This document shows positions 35,600 to 49,739 of a stretch of 64,000 nucleotides of DNA, in pieces (the stretch's first letter is position 1; every line of letters starts with the position of its first letter). Below the pieces are notes generated by a model, which was not told where the DNA came from, did no database searches, and saw nothing but the letters and a program-made list of their open reading frames with translations. The DNA is taken from assembly GCA_024679065.1 (NCBI GenBank), contig JAGIQG010000008.1, positions 68,200,001 to 68,264,000 of the forward strand. Direction: 5' to 3'. The position numbers and the translations under genes were made by a program. The DNA is from Sphyrna mokarran. Its lineage: Eukaryota.

Positions 35600-36742
35600 A
35601 GATTGAAGAAGATTATCTCCAATTGCAACGAGATCTTGATCAATTGGGCTGGTGGGCTGACGAATGGCAGGTGGAGTTTAATTTAGATAAATACAAGGTG
35701 ATGCGTTTTGATGGAGTGAACCAACGTGAGACTTAGTTAATGGTAGGACGTTGGGGACAGTTCCAGAGCAAAGAGATTCATAGCTCCTTGAAAGTGGAAT
35801 TATAAGTGAACAGAGTGATGAAAAAGGCATTTAACACGCTTGGTTTCATTGGTCAAAACATTGATTATAGGAGTTGGGTCATTTTGTTGAAGTTGGATGA
35901 GACGTTGGTAAGGCCATGCTTGGAATACTGTGTACAGTTCTATTATTAAACTAGAAAGAGTGCAGAAGAGATGTACCAGGATGCTACTGGGACTTGACAG
36001 TTTGAGTTAGAACCCTACAGTGCAGAAAGAGGCCCTTCGGTCCATTGAGTCTGCACCGAACACAATCCCACCCACGCCCTTTCCCAATGTCCGTACATGT
36101 TATACCCACTAATCCCTCTAACCTATGCATTCCTGGATACTAAGGGGCAATTTCTTAGCATGGCCAATCAACCTAACCTGCACACCTTTGGACTGTGGGA
36201 GGAAATTGGAGTACCCGGAGGAAACCCACACAGACATGAGGAGAATGTGCAAACTCCACACAGATAGTGACCTGAGCTGGGAATCGAACCCAGGACCCTG
36301 GAGCTGTGAAGCAGCAGTGCTAACCACTGTGCCACCGTGCCGTAAAAGAGAGGCTTGAAAGATTGGAACTTTTTTCTCTGGAGTGAAGAAGGCTGGGGGG
36401 TGATCTTATAGAGTCTATAAAATAATGAGGAGCATAGATCAGCTAGATAGTCAATACCTTTTCCTAAAGACAGGGAATCTAAAACTAGAAGGCATAGGTT
36501 TAAGGTGAGAGGGGAAAGATACAGCAATTTTTTCACAAAGAGTGGTGAGTGCTTGGAACAAGCTGCCAGAGGTAATAGTAGAAGTGGGTACAATTTTGTC
36601 TTTCAAAAAGTATTTAGACAGTCATGTGGATAGGATGGGTATTGAGGGCCAAATGCGAGCAATTGGGGCAATTTTTTTAAAAATAAGAAGCAAGTTGGGT
36701 CGAAGGGCCTATTTCCATACTGTAAACTCTATGACTCTATGA
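35600..36742 (+). mobile_element. CR1 3' half interrupted by a V-SINE
   Basis: WQVEFN, LEYCVQF, WNKLP motifs; tail tatgactctatga. Confidence 0.8.
36009..36342 (-). mobile_element. Full-length HE1-like V-SINE
   Basis: rc cggcacggtggcacagtggttagcac...gggttcgattccc (A and B boxes); V-domain. Confidence 0.92.
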
Positions 36743-39700
36743 ATCCCAGTCCTCTGAAATCTGAATATATCAATGAAGTGTTTCCCATGCTGCTCTTGAT
36801 CATGTGGCTGCTAACGAACATTCCAATCCACTCTTTGTCCCAGTGGTTTCAAGATGGGGTTGTAAAGTTGGTTACCTGTTCTAAAGCAACATTTGAACGT
36901 AAATGACTTTGACACTTATTAATGAAACAAATGATTGAATATCCCAAATATTTTTAGTTATGTTTCCACCCAGATTAGAATTGTTGTTTCATCTGTATAA
37001 GTTGATCATCTTGTTTTTAATATTATCAAATCTTTGCACTCCATAATTGTACGTAATAGGATCGATTTTATTTAGACTTGAATGTTTGGAGGATTACATT
37101 TTTCCAATTTTTATGTTTGACGTATTCTATTCATTACAATATCCTGCACGGCTCTTTCTAAACCAGTGTTGTGAATTGCTATATAACAAGTTTCAGAAAA
37201 AGACAGATTTATTTCTGCGAACTGTTATGAGAGGCACATATTTATGTAACCAGTATGTGCACAGGTTTATTTATGGAGGTGCAGGACCTGAGGGAAATAC
37301 ATTTATTCATGCGCACTATTTACTTCATGTACGCCACCATCTGTGGCAGAGTCTTCAGCTGCTATGCATTAAAAACCTTGAAGTTTCATTCTTAACATCT
37401 TGCTACATTTCTCTCCACCTTCAAATTCTTTGGTTGCAACCTTAGTCAAACCTTTTTTCAACTTCTATCTGATGTCTGTCTGCTTTCCCCGCTTTCCCCA
37501 ATGTAAAATTTTGGGGGATGTTTTGTTAAATCATGCTATGTGGTACATGAACTCAATTTACTCTAAACGTTTGTGTCATAAATCCATGTCAGAAATCTAT
37601 GTAGTGACATATTTGTGCAGTCTCAAGAATTTTAACAAAACAGATGAATTTCTTTTGTTTATGGATACAGGTTTCTTTAATTATTATGTGCTGATCCCCT
37701 GAGAAAAAGAATGTTCCTTAGGTTGTTTCAATGCTTTTGAGAATGTTTCCCATAACTATTCTAACAGGCTGTATATTTGGTCTCAAAGAACTTTATCTTG
37801 GTGATAATGCACCAAGGAATAGCTGTTTTGACTCCATAGTGGAGGATTGGTGAAACCTCTCGAACATATCCACTTTCCACTATTTCTCCAGGATTTTTCT
37901 CCTGTCACAATTAGAATGGGAAATCATGAGAATCTTCCAGAAATCATTCCCATTAAGTTTAGGCTCATTGAACCAAAATGGTAAGGTCTTTAAACAGCTG
38001 TAAAATTTGTGTTGATAGCTTACTGCTCCATCAGACTGTTGTCAGCTCACTGAGGAGAATCAATCTTTTTTACCATGTGTGGCCCATAAGTAAAATCATC
38101 AAGACCTGAGTATTGACTTAAAAGATTTATATTACTTTGGACCTGGTGATTTGGACAGTGACTTAACGTGGGAGAACATCCTTATAAAATTTAATTGCTC
38201 AAAATTAACTTTAATTTTGCAGTGATAGTCATTACCTAATTGACTGACAAATTCAAACCTTTCCTAGGCGTTTACTCTGCTGACTAGGTAACACACAGCA
38301 GAATGTACGGCGTAGGTAATATATATATTGCAAGTTACCTCTATTAACTGAACTTTTGTAAGGAACCTTTAGAGTTTCTGGCATTGAAATGCATTTTCTT
38401 GCTAGTACATCAGCCTAGTGAAAGAATTTGAATGGCAGGACAATTTGGAGTTAGGTCTGCCATGTAGTCCTGATTCTCTGAGTCATGCTCTCTAAGCGTG
38501 GCATTCTGCTGGGAAAATGAATTTACCCATTTAATCTATTTATTCACAAACTTATACTTGCAATTCTCATTTTCTGCTACTTGCAAGCTGTAGATAATTA
38601 TTCAGAAATTAGAAATTCTTCTTTAGGGGCTGTGTTAACAGTTTTGTTTTCGCCTTTGTTGAAAATTGCTGCCGCTGATCTAATCTGTGCTATATCACCA
38701 TGGTGATGATGGAGTGCTCATGTTCAAAGGGAAAGAATTCATCATCTCTCACCTCCTCTTGGGAGGATCTGTCCCTGTCACCAGAGGCACTGAGAGCTCT
38801 AACTTGACAATTTAATGTATGTTAATAAGTTTATACTATCCCAAGAACTGATTGCCTTGGGACCTTGATATTTTAGTATCATTTCATCATATGGTGTTCT
38901 TTCAGATCCTGTGTCTCAGAAAGCAAGTGGACCATGTACCTACCATACAGATGAGATGCTATTCATAGCATGTAAAGTGGTGAAGTACCATTTTACCTTC
39001 ATGACTCTAATCACATTCACAAGACTTATCTATATTCTGTCACGTTATCCTTAGGTTTATTAGTAGTAAATTTCATTTGCCTTTTCACTGGGCCTCTGCT
39101 TCACCCCTGACAATTTCATTCAGTAGCTGGACAGGCCACACTGGAATCTTCACTCAGTCGGCAATTAAAATCCCAGCAGAGTATTGTCACCAGATGGAGC
39201 CAATAACTGAACTGTGTATGAACGAAGCAGATGTTTATCTCTGTAGGAGACGTAGTGCAGTTTTTGCAGTTACTGATATCCATGAAGAGTTTGGCTCAGA
39301 ACTTCTGCAAATATTTGATTGGTGAATTCAATTGTTGTTTTTCAACTCTTTGCTGCAAGTTCTGATTTTGCTACACTTCATATGTTGTATGCCAACAAAT
39401 CAAATTAACTTTATGGTTAACTTTGATGTATCCAGATGATGGATAATGGATCTCCCCAGTGGCTTCCCTTGAATGGGGAGCCCAGTGGGAGGAGGTCTCC
39501 TTTTGAATGGGGATCCCTGGAGGATTTCCTCATAATCTGATGTTACTTCTCTTATTAGTTATTTCTCATCCTTATTTTAATTTTCCTGATGTGTTTTTTT
39601 TTTCTTTTGTTGGTTTTCTTATTAAGTTGCTGGGAACCTGTCGACACTTTTTGAAATTTGAATGAATTGTAAGAGAGATTTTCAATTTTTTTTCTGTTCA

Positions 39701-39839
39701 GTTGTGCACATCATCTATTGTTTTCCTATCATTAAAATTTATCTTCTTTTATATGATGTGGAATTTCACAGTCTGTAGCTTCCATAGGCAAAGTTTTTTC
39801 AAAATTATGAGAAGGTGCACCAGCATCAATTGTACACTG

Positions 39840-40065
39840 TCTCTAGGAGGACATTGGGGAAAGTTCCAGAACAAAGGGATCTCAGGGTACTGGTTCATAG
39901 CTCCTTGAAAGTGGAGTCACAGGTGGACAGAGTGATGAAAAAGGCATTCAACATGCTTGATTTCATTAGTCAGGATACAAGCAGTTGGTCTACATAGAAC
40001 AACAAGATCGTGCAGGATTGGAGAGCCAGAGGGCCTGTTGCTATGTTATACTGTTCTTTGTTCTT
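39840..40065 (+). mobile_element. CR1 fragments
   Basis: EQRDLRVLVHSSLKVESQVDRV and CR1 tail. Confidence 0.65.
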
Positions 40066-40269
40066 TTGTAGCTAGCTCTGACCCCTAGGCCTTACTTTCT
40101 GGTGTCTAACTCCTCTTTTCCATATTAATTCAAATGTTATTTCCTGCATAACTAAGTATTTTAATGCCACAATAGTTGATTGTTTAAGTCCTTTCTCCCA
40201 TATTTCACAAGCAAAGTGTTTGAGTGGAAACAACTGCAGTGCGTGCAGCAATGAGCGAGTTAGTTTCCT

Positions 40270-40480
40270 TTATTATTCATTAAGGAATGTAGTTTTTGCT
40301 GACTAGGCAACGTTTATTGACCTTCCTTAATTGCCCTTGAGAAGATAGGGATGAGCTGCCTTCCATGTGGTGTATGTACAGCCTCAGTGCTATTGGAAGG
40401 AAGTTCCAGGATTTTGACCCGGCGATTGAATGAATTGTGATATGTTTCCAAATAGACATTTCTATCTTGATTTCCAGGTG
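40270..40480 (-). mobile_element. CR1/L2-type (second family) 3' end
   Basis: ttattcat...ttaattgcccttgagaag tail. Confidence 0.65.
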
Positions 40481-43078
40481 AGAGCCTGAGGGATGCATTA
40501 GTGGTTGTGCATATTAAGAATATGTTATGTAGGTGAGACATGAAAACAGGCAGAAACTTTAGGAATATGTTCTTGTGGGGGCTGAACAGCAACATAAATG
40601 GGATGGACTGATTTAGCTGGTTTTAGTGTTGTTGCCTCTATAATTTCATTGCGATGCTCCTTCAGCCTGGAGCAATTTGATTATTTTATCTGTTACCAAT
40701 ACTAAATCAATAGTTACATAGGTCTGATTTTATGTCCTTTTTATATACTTTCAAGTCTGCAGTTAATTATTTCTGTCCAAGAAAGTATGGATTTTGTTTC
40801 TCCAAGCGCTTTCCTTAAAGCTGCCACAAAATGATGTTATATCACATCAAGAAATTGGCATGGCTAGGCAATTCAGTATATTTTGAGTTGTATTCAAGGT
40901 TCAACTTCCCACTTTTGATTAAGATGTGCATGTGTTCGCCCAGAGCCTAGACAGCTGGGAGAAGAACACCCCCTTTATCATTGTTATTATCCTTCTTTTT
41001 CTCCAAATGAGCAAACAGAGTAATGATGTAGTAAGTATGCTCCCATTCCAGCCAGGTTCTTGAGCATTCTTCCTAAATTCAATGTTCTGGTGGTTCTTGG
41101 AATAAGCTCAACTCCTGTAATTTTACTAGGTTATTAGCATTAACAACATGAAATACAATGTTCACCAGATTCAAATACTTTATTGTCATTCAGATATGAT
41201 TCATTGTACACAAAAGGCATCGGCTTTCCGATAGGGAGTATCACTGATGGTAATTTAGTAAGTGGGGGCTTGGAGAGGATGTGCAATGATTATCAATTAA
41301 AACTAGGATTCATCTTCAAGGCTCTCAGTTGATCAGTGATCTCAACCATTTGACTATAGTCTGTCAATACAACTTGAACTTCAAAAGCATGCAGCTTTAG
41401 AAACAGATGCTGTTTTCAAAGAATGACGCAGGCAGAATGGACCAAATGGCTTCCTTCTGTGCTGTAAGATTCCATGATTTTCAGGTTGAAGATTCATAAA
41501 ATGTTGCAGTAATGCGAGTTGCCAAGATCAGATCTCACACGGGAGGTGTTCTTCAACTCTCTTACCGCTGCTTAAAATATCTCTCATTATCATTTCATGA
41601 CTGCTAATTGCTGTCTTCATTCATTTTACATCATTAACATTGCATAAATTATGTAGAGTATTTCTGTTCAAATAAGTGGTTCCATTGCAGAGCTTCATTA
41701 TTTCTGTTACAGCACATCTGGCCACTGCAGTGTTATTTTGTGTGAAGCAGCATATTATCATCACATCTGAAAAATACAGAGAAAAAATAAAATTGGTGGA
41801 GTTTGAATTTCTGTTTGGCAGTCAGTCTTGGACTGGATTTGGATGCATGCCCATTTTGCACTTTCATGAATTACTTCTAACTGACACATTCATGTAAAAC
41901 CAGAAGGTGTAAAGTTTCACAGGTCTCCATAAGGATTCCTCCGTTCATCCTATTGTGTAGAATTTTGGCCTGTAGTAGTCTATCCTGCTAGTTCCACTGC
42001 CTTGTTTTTTCTCTGCAACTCTGCAATTTTCCCCCCTTAAGGTTTCTTTTAAAATGTCATTATTTTATTTAACTCTTTTTTTTTAATATTCAGTTAACTT
42101 CCCTATTTAAATGACAACAGAAGAGAACTGAGTAATTCATAGATTCACAGAATCTATTGTGCAGAAGGAGGCCATAATTGGTGAGACTTTTTAAATTATG
42201 TTTGTTATATAATAGAGAAATGGTAAAGCAACTCTGAGCTCTCCTGCGCACTAACGTTATGGGCACAATTCCTGTCTTCTAGATAACAACATGAAGTGTC
42301 GTTAGTTGCAGTATCTCAAGCTCCCAGCTTTGAAACTTGAGCAGCAGCTGATATCACTGCAATACATCCATGAGTTTGAGAGCTTTATGGATAACACATT
42401 TATAATGTGGTCACTGCACGATTTAAGAGCATGCAGGTAGAGAGGGGATGGGTGACTACTAAGCTGTCAAGAAGAAAGAGGCAGGTAATGTAATGCAGTG
42501 TCTATCTGAGCATCCCAATCTCCAGTTAGTATGCAATTTTGAATGCTGATAAATGTAATGGTTCATCTGAGCAATGAACCAAAAGCAAAATCCATGGCAA
42601 CGCAGTTAACTCAGCTATATTGGGATGGGGCACAAGTAAGACTGGAAGAACATCAATGATCAGAGATTCAAAAGGAGAGCAGATGGGTGATTTTGTGGCC
42701 AAAGATGTTAATCCAGGATGGTGTGTTCCCTCCTTGATGCCAGGGTTTAGACATGGGAGCCAGGAGATCATTGCAAGAGAGGATTGTCAAGATGCGCAAA
42801 AAACTTGAGTTGTTAGATAGCACGAGAGTAAGCTATTGATGCATTCAAAGCAAGGAAAAAGTAGTACATTTGATTTGATTTATTATTGTCACGTGTATTA
42901 ATATACAGTAAAAAGTTTTGTTTCTTGTGCAATATACAGACAAGGCATACCGTTTATAGAGAAGGAAAGGAGAGAATGCAGAATGAAGTGTTACAGTCAT
43001 AGCTAGGATGTAGAGAAAGATCAACTTAATGCAAGGTAGGTCCACGCAAAATCGATGGCAACAAGGAAGAAGCTGTTC

Positions 43079-46000
43079 ATTGCGAACGAGTATGATTTGA
43101 TGGCCATTACAGAGACACGATTGCAGGATAGTTGAACATCCAGGGGTATCAAACTGTCCGGAGGGACCGACAGGAACATAAGGAAGCTGGTATAGCTCTG
43201 ATATTTAAGGATGACAATGTGCGATAGTGAGAGATGATGAGTTCTGTGGAAAAAGGTTGGGTGGAAATTAGAAATAGGAGGGAGAAAAAGTCACTGATAG
43301 GCATAATCCATAGGCCACTAAATAATTACATCATGATAGGGTGAGAAATAAACAAAGAAATAACTGCATGTAAAAATGGTACAGTGACTATCATGGGGGA
43401 TTTTAATCTACATATCAATTGGTCAAACCAGGTCGGTCAAGGCAGCCTTGAGAAAGAGTTCATAGAATGTATTTGTGATAGCTTCCTTGAACAGTATGTA
43501 ATGGAACTGACAAGGGAGTAAGCTATCCTAGATCTGGTCCTCTGTAATGAGAAGGGAATAATTAATGATCTTGCAATAAGGATCTTCTCGGAATAAACAA
43601 TCACAGTATGCTTGAATTGAAAATACAAATGGAGCGTGAAAAGGTAAAATCCAATATCAGTGTTTTGTGTTTAAACAAAGGAGACTACAAAGGAATGAGA
43701 GAGAAATTGGCTAAGGTAGACTGGGAGCAAAAACTTTATGGTGGGACAATTGACGAACAGTGAAGGACTTTCAAAGCGATCTTTCACAATGCTCTGCAAA
43801 AGTATATGCAGTTATCAGGAAGGACTGTAGAAAAAGAGATAATCAGCCAGAGATATTTAAGGAAATAAAGAGGGTATCAAATTGAAAGAAAATGTATACA
43901 AAGTGACAAAGATTAGTAGGAATCTAGAGGATTGGGAAATCTTTAAAAGTCAGCAGAAAGCCACGAGAAAACCAATAAAGAGAAGTAAGATGGATTATGA
44001 GAGTAAACAAGCTCAAAATATAAAAACAGATAGTAAAGGTTTCTACAAATTTATAAAACAATAATGAGTGGCTAAAGTAAACATGGGTCCTTGAGGGGAT
44101 GAGAAGGGGGATGTAATAACTGAAAATGAGGAAATGGCTAAGGCATTGAACAGGTATTTTGTTTCAGTCTTCACAGTAGAAGAAACAAATAACATGCCAA
44201 AAATTGATGACAGAAAAGTATGGCAGATGAGAATCTAGGAACTATCATTATTATGAAATAGATAGTGTGGGGCGAGTTAATGGGGCTAAAAGTAGACAAG
44301 TCTTACAATCCCAATGGAATGTATCCTCGGGTACTAAAAGAGATGGTGGGAGAAATAGCAAATGCATTAGTGGTAATTTACCAAAATTCGCTGGACTTTG
44401 GGGTAGTTTCCATAGATTGGAAAACAGCAAATGTGACTGTTTTAAAAAGGAAGTGAACAAAAGGCGGGTAACTATTGGCTGGTTAGCTTAACTTCTATAG
44501 TAGAGAAAATGCTTAAATCTATCATCAAGGAAGAAATAGCGAGACGTGGATATAAATTGTCCCATTGGTAAGACACAGCATGGATTTATGAAGGGAAGGT
44601 TATGTTTGACTAACTTTGTGGAATTCTTTGAGAACATTATATGTGCAGTGGACAACGGGGAACATGTGGATGTGATGTATCTGGATTTCCAAAGGGCAAT
44701 TGAAAAGGTGCCACACCAAAGATTACTGCACAAAATAAAGGTGCATGGTGTAACGGGTAATGTATTCATATGGATCGAGCTTTGGTTAACTAACAGAAAG
44801 CAAAGAGTGGGGGTGAAGGGACATTTATCTGGTTGGTGATCAGTGACTACTGACGTGCCTCAGGGATCAAAGTTGGGACCACAATTGTTTACAATTTATT
44901 TAGATGATTTGGAGTTGGGGACCAAGTGTAGTGTGTCAAGATTCGCAGATGTCACTAAGATTGGTGGCAGAGCAAAGTGTGCAGAGGATGCTGAAAATCT
45001 GCAAAGGGATATAGATGGTCTCTGTGAGAGTCTGGCAAATGGAATACAGTGTTGGTAAATGTGAGGCCATCCATTTTGGTAGGAAAGCAGCAAAGTAGAC
45101 TATTATTTAAATAGTAAAAAATTGCGGCATGCTGCTGTGCAAAGGGACCTGGGTGTCCTTGTGCAAGAATCACAAGAAGTTGATTTGCGGGGGGCAGCAG
45201 ATAATTAAGAAGGTCCTTCATTGCTAGAGGGATGGAGTTTAAAGACAGTGAGGTTATGTTGCAGCTATGTAAGGAGCTGGTGAGGCCACATCTGGATACT
45301 GTGCACAGTTTTTGTCTCCTTACTTGAGAAAGGATTTCCTGGCACTGGAGGGGATGCAGGAGAGATTCACCAGATTGATTCCCGAGTTGAGAGAATTGGC
45401 TTATGAGGAGAGTCTGAGTAGACTGGGGCCATACTCATCAGAATTCAGAAGAATGAGGGAGATCTTTAGAAACATATAAGATTATGAAGAGAATAGAAAG
45501 AAGCAGGGAAGTTGTTTCCACTGGCATGTGAAACTAGAACTAGGGGACATAGCCTCAAAATAAGGGGAAGCAGATTTAAGATTCAATTGAGGAGGAACTC
45601 CTTCATGCGAAGGATTGTGAATCTGTGGAATTCTCTGCCCATGAAGCAGTTGAAGCTACCTCATTGTTTTTAAGGCAAGGATAGATAAATCTTTGAACAG
45701 TAAAGGAATTAAGAGTTATGGTGAGCAGGCAGATAAGAGGAGCTAAGTCCACAAAAAGATCAGCCGTGATCTTTGGGATGTACCCCAGGTTACTGTGGGA
45801 GGTGAGGGAAGTGATTGCAGACCCCCTGGCGATGATCTTTGCGTCATCGATGGAGACGGGAGAGGTTCCGGAAGATTGGAGGATTGCGGATGTGGTGCCT
45901 ATTTTCAAGAAGGGGAATAGGGATAGCCTGGACAATTACCGACCAGTGAGTCTGACCTCAGTGGTCAGTAAGTTGATGGAGAGGATTCTGAGAGATAGGA

Positions 46001-47352
46001 TTTATGAGCATTTAGAGAAATTCAATATGATCAGGAATAGTCAACACGGCTTTGTTAAGAGCAGATCATGCCTTACGAGCCTAGTTGAATTCTTCGAAAA
46101 TGTGACTGAACACATTGATGAAGGAAGAGCAATGGACATGGTTTACATGGATTTCAGCAAGGCGTTTGATAAGGTCCCCTATGCAAGACTTCTTGAGAAG
46201 GAGAGAGGGCATGGGATCGAAGGGACTTTGGCCTTGTGGATCCAGAACTGGCTTGCCTGCAGAAGGCAGAGAGTAGTTGTGGATGGGTCTTCTTCTGTAT
46301 GGAGGTCGGTCACCAGTGGAGTGCCCTAGGGATCTGTTCTAGGACCTTTGCTGTTTGTCATTTTCATAAATGACCTGGATGAGGAAGTGGAGGGATGGGT
46401 TAGTAAGTTTGCCGATGATACGAAGGTCGGTGGTGTTGTGGATAGTCTGGAGGAATGTCTGAAGTTGCAGCGAGACATAGGATGCAAGACTGGGCGGAAA
46501 AGTGGCAGATAGACTTCAACGCAGATAAATGTGTGGTGGTCCATTTTGGCAGGAACAATGGGATGAAGCAGTATAATATCATGGGTAGGAGTCTTGGCAG
46601 TATTGAGGAGCAGAAGAATCTTGGCGTCCAGGTCCATAGGTCTCTTAAATCTGCCCCGCAAGTGGAGGATGTGGTCAAGAAGGCATATGGTGTACTGGCC
46701 TTCATTAATAGAGGAATTGAGTTTAGGAGTCAGGAGGTAATGCTGCAACTTTATAAGACCTTGTCAGACCCCACTTGGAGTATCGTGTGCAGTTCTGGTC
46801 GCCTCACTATAGGAAGGATGTGGAAGCTATTGAGAGGGTGCAGAGGAGATTTACAAGGATATTGCCTGGATTGGGGGGCATGAAGATAGGTTGAGAGAGC
46901 TAGGCCTCTTCTCCCTGGAGAGACGAAGGTTGAGAGGCAACCTGATAGAGGTTTATAAGATGTTGAGAGGAATAGATAGAGTGGATTCTCAGAGGCTATT
47001 TCCCAGGGCTGAAATGGTCGCTACGAGAGGACACAGGTTTAATGTGCTGGGGGGCAAGTACAGAGGAGATGTTAGAGGTAAGTTTTTCACTCAGAGGGTG
47101 GTGAGTGAATGGAATCGATTGCCATCAGTGGTGGTAGAAGCGAACTCGCTGGGGTCTTTTAAAAGACTTCTGGATGAGTACATGGGATTTAATGGGATTG
47201 GGAGTTACAGATAGGTCTATGGCCTGGTAAGTACTGATATGATCGGCACAACTTGTGGGCCGAAGGGCCTGTTTGTGCTGTAGTGTTCTATGTTCTATTA
47301 TCTTATTGAAAGGTGGAGCAGGCTTGAGTGGCCACATGTTCCTAGTTCTTAT
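43079..47352 (+). mobile_element. CR1 ORF2 (endonuclease plus RT), degenerate: 43079-45771, with the 3'UTR end at 47298-47352
   Basis: IMGDFN, LDLVL, QHGFMKGRLCLTN, YLDFQRA, PQGSKLGPQLF motifs. Confidence 0.88.
45772..47297 (+). mobile_element. Younger CR1, 5'-truncated, inserted into the 3'UTR of the previous CR1
   Basis: ORF 45718-46329 RT (NYRPVSLTSVVSKLME, YMDFSKAFDKV); tail tgttctatgttcta; atctt repeated near both junctions. Confidence 0.92.
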
Positions 47353-49739
47353 ATTCTTGAGTTGGTTGATATGTGATCTCAGACTTTTGTATCTTTTTCA
47401 CAAGGGAAGAAGGTGGAAGAGAGAATGTACGGGATGTGTGAGGTCCTTAATTATGCTAGCTGTTTTGCCAAGACAGTGGGAAGTTTAGACGGAGTCAATG
47501 GATGGGAATTTGGTTTAAAGTCTAAATTAGGCTCACTGTGTTTTTGTGAATGTGTGGAATATAGTACATAAGACAGGTGAGTTGTGGACATAAAAAGCTA
47601 CATGGAAATACAAGATCTGACTCAAAGAAGGGCAGGACTGGTATTAAATATTCCTGAATACAAGACGTTCAGGGAAAATAGAGGGTTGGCTGTATTGATT
47701 AAGGGAAGAAAGAATATCCAGATGGGTCAAGGACAAAATTTATCTGGATAGAGCTAAGGAACAAAAAAGGTGCAGTCACTTTGCTTGGTGTAGTTTATAT
47801 GTTACCAACCAGAGAGAAAGATGTAGAGGAAGAAATTAGCAAGGAAGTAGCAGAGAAGTGCAAGAACTAAAGGACAAGGAGCAATTCAGAATCAAAACAT
47901 TTAATCGGGTTGTGGGGTGGGAAGACAGTGGGAGAGGAGTGGTGGTGGTGCTGCTGCAAGCCAACTTCGTTGGGGTAAGAATGGATCTGACTCAAATAAA
48001 TTGGAATCAAAGATTAACAGATAAAACAAACATTCCCCTGGATGATGAAAAAGATTAAAATTAGACGGAAAGCGTAGGCTTATGCTAGATGTCAGTGAAC
48101 AGTACAGTTGAGAACCAGGCTGAACATAGAATGTACAGAGGGAAATTGAAAAAAGCAGATAAAATAAGCAAAGAGAACATGGAAGGAGTTTGGCAACTAA
48201 CATAAAAGAGAATCCAAAAATTTTCTGCATGTTTATAAACAATGAAAGGAAGAGCAGGGAGAACCAAAAAAGGGATTTACCCATGCAGCATAGGATATGA
48301 CTGAGGTAATATTTAATACTTTGCATCTGTCTTTACCAAGGAAGAATATGCTGCGCAGCTCATGGTGAAAGAAGAGGGCATTTAGATGCTAGAAAAGTTT
48401 AAAATTAGAGGTATTGCATAGGCATCAGGACCGGATAAGATGCATCTAAGGATACTAAGGGAAATTAGAAGTTGCAAGGGAACTAGTCATAATTTTTTTA
48501 AAATTCCTTGGACTTGGATATACCAGGGACTGGAGAATCACAAATGTTAAATCCATGTTCAAAAATGATGTAGAGTAAACCCTGAAATTACAAGTTATTC
48601 ACATTAACTTCACCAATGGGGAAACTTCTAGAAACAATAATTTGCAGCAAAATTATTGGTCATTTGGGTGAATGCAAATTAATTAAGGAAAGCCAGCACA
48701 GATTAATTAGGGGTAAATCGTGTTTAACTAACTTGCTGAAGCTTTTTGATGGGACGAACAAAGAGAGTTGATGAGACAATGCTGTTGATGTGGAGTGCTT
48801 GGACTTCCAAAGGGCATTTGATAAAGTCACATTAACATCAAAACAGTCCTGGCCCTTTCAGTGGGGAATTCTGGGATTAATTTCAAAATCAATTGTTTTC
48901 TCTAGAACTTGTGATATTTTTCATGTTAAAACCACTGATAATGTGATACAACTTAGCCTCCCATTTGGGTAGCATTAAACAGCTCTTGCCCTTTTGTCAC
49001 AGAGTTCAAAAATATTACTCAAGACACATGTATTCCAGTTCACATACATTACGGAATTGAACAATAAATTCATTCCCACTTGTGCTTTTACAGGAATAAC
49101 TGATTTGAGAATGAATCAGAGATTAAGGTATCTATTTTCAATAGCTCATTACTCTTTTCTTCTCTCCATCAAAAGAAAAAGAGGGAGAAGAAAGCAAATT
49201 ACTGCAGATGCTGGCATCTGAACCAAAAGAGAAAGCAAACAAAGAGTCATCTGGATTCAAAATGTCAGCTTTTTTCTCTCCTTACAGATGCTGCCACACC
49301 TGCTGAGATTTTCCAGCATTTTCTCTTTTGGAAGCAAAAAGGGGAAATTGGTGATAGGCAGACTGAGAACTCCAGGGCAGACTCAGTTAGACAGTGGAAT
49401 TTGAGCAAATTGTTTAATGAAGAAAATAACATTAAATTTTTTGTATCATTCAAAGAATCCTCCCAAATCATACACATAGCTTGTGGTGTCACTCAAAACT
49501 TAAATAATTTGAATCAAAAGCTGAAATAGCAACGATGATGTACATACAAAGTTTACAGATTAATATGTGTACATTGGTTTCCTTGTTTTCTCCTCAGTAT
49601 TTTGTGTTCAAAAAGAATTTTGCTCCCCAAACATCATTTCCCCTTTTCTCCTGTGGGCATATCGTCATCTGCTGGATACAGACAATCCTCTCAAGTACTT
49701 TGCCCAAGAGAGAATTTTTCACCTTCTAATCTAAATGTT

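Larger units (their letters stand above)
42868..47517 (-). mobile_element. LINE 3' end (Rex1/Babar- or L2-type), split into 42868-43078 and ~47353-47517
   Basis: (atttg)n tail followed by tattattgtcac; ...gaagaagctgttc at 43078 continues as ttcttgagttggttg at ~47354. Confidence 0.7.
42230..48830 (+). mobile_element. Old near-full-length CR1 (ORF1 remnant ~42230-42860; ORF2 remnant ~47520-48830) hosting nested insertions
   Basis: gatggtgtgttccctccttgatgccagggtt resembles the VCCLPGARV esterase motif of CR1 ORF1; LKEGQDWVLNIP endonuclease start and LDFQRAFDKV RT motif. Confidence 0.65.

Noticed and set aside
37047-37702. 132-aa and 100-aa ORFs in apparently non-repetitive DNA
   Set aside because: No recognisable domain or splice structure; composition fits AT-rich intron. 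Conservation cannot be judged without alignments.
41470-41500. Possible next PDHX exon (ttttcag|GTTGAAGAT)
   Set aside because: Reads VEDS then a stop codon; no further similarity to PDHX.
45718-47214. Active reverse transcriptase gene
   Set aside because: 5'-truncated CR1 with an in-frame stop at 46329 and frameshifts; no intact autonomous element is visible in the window.
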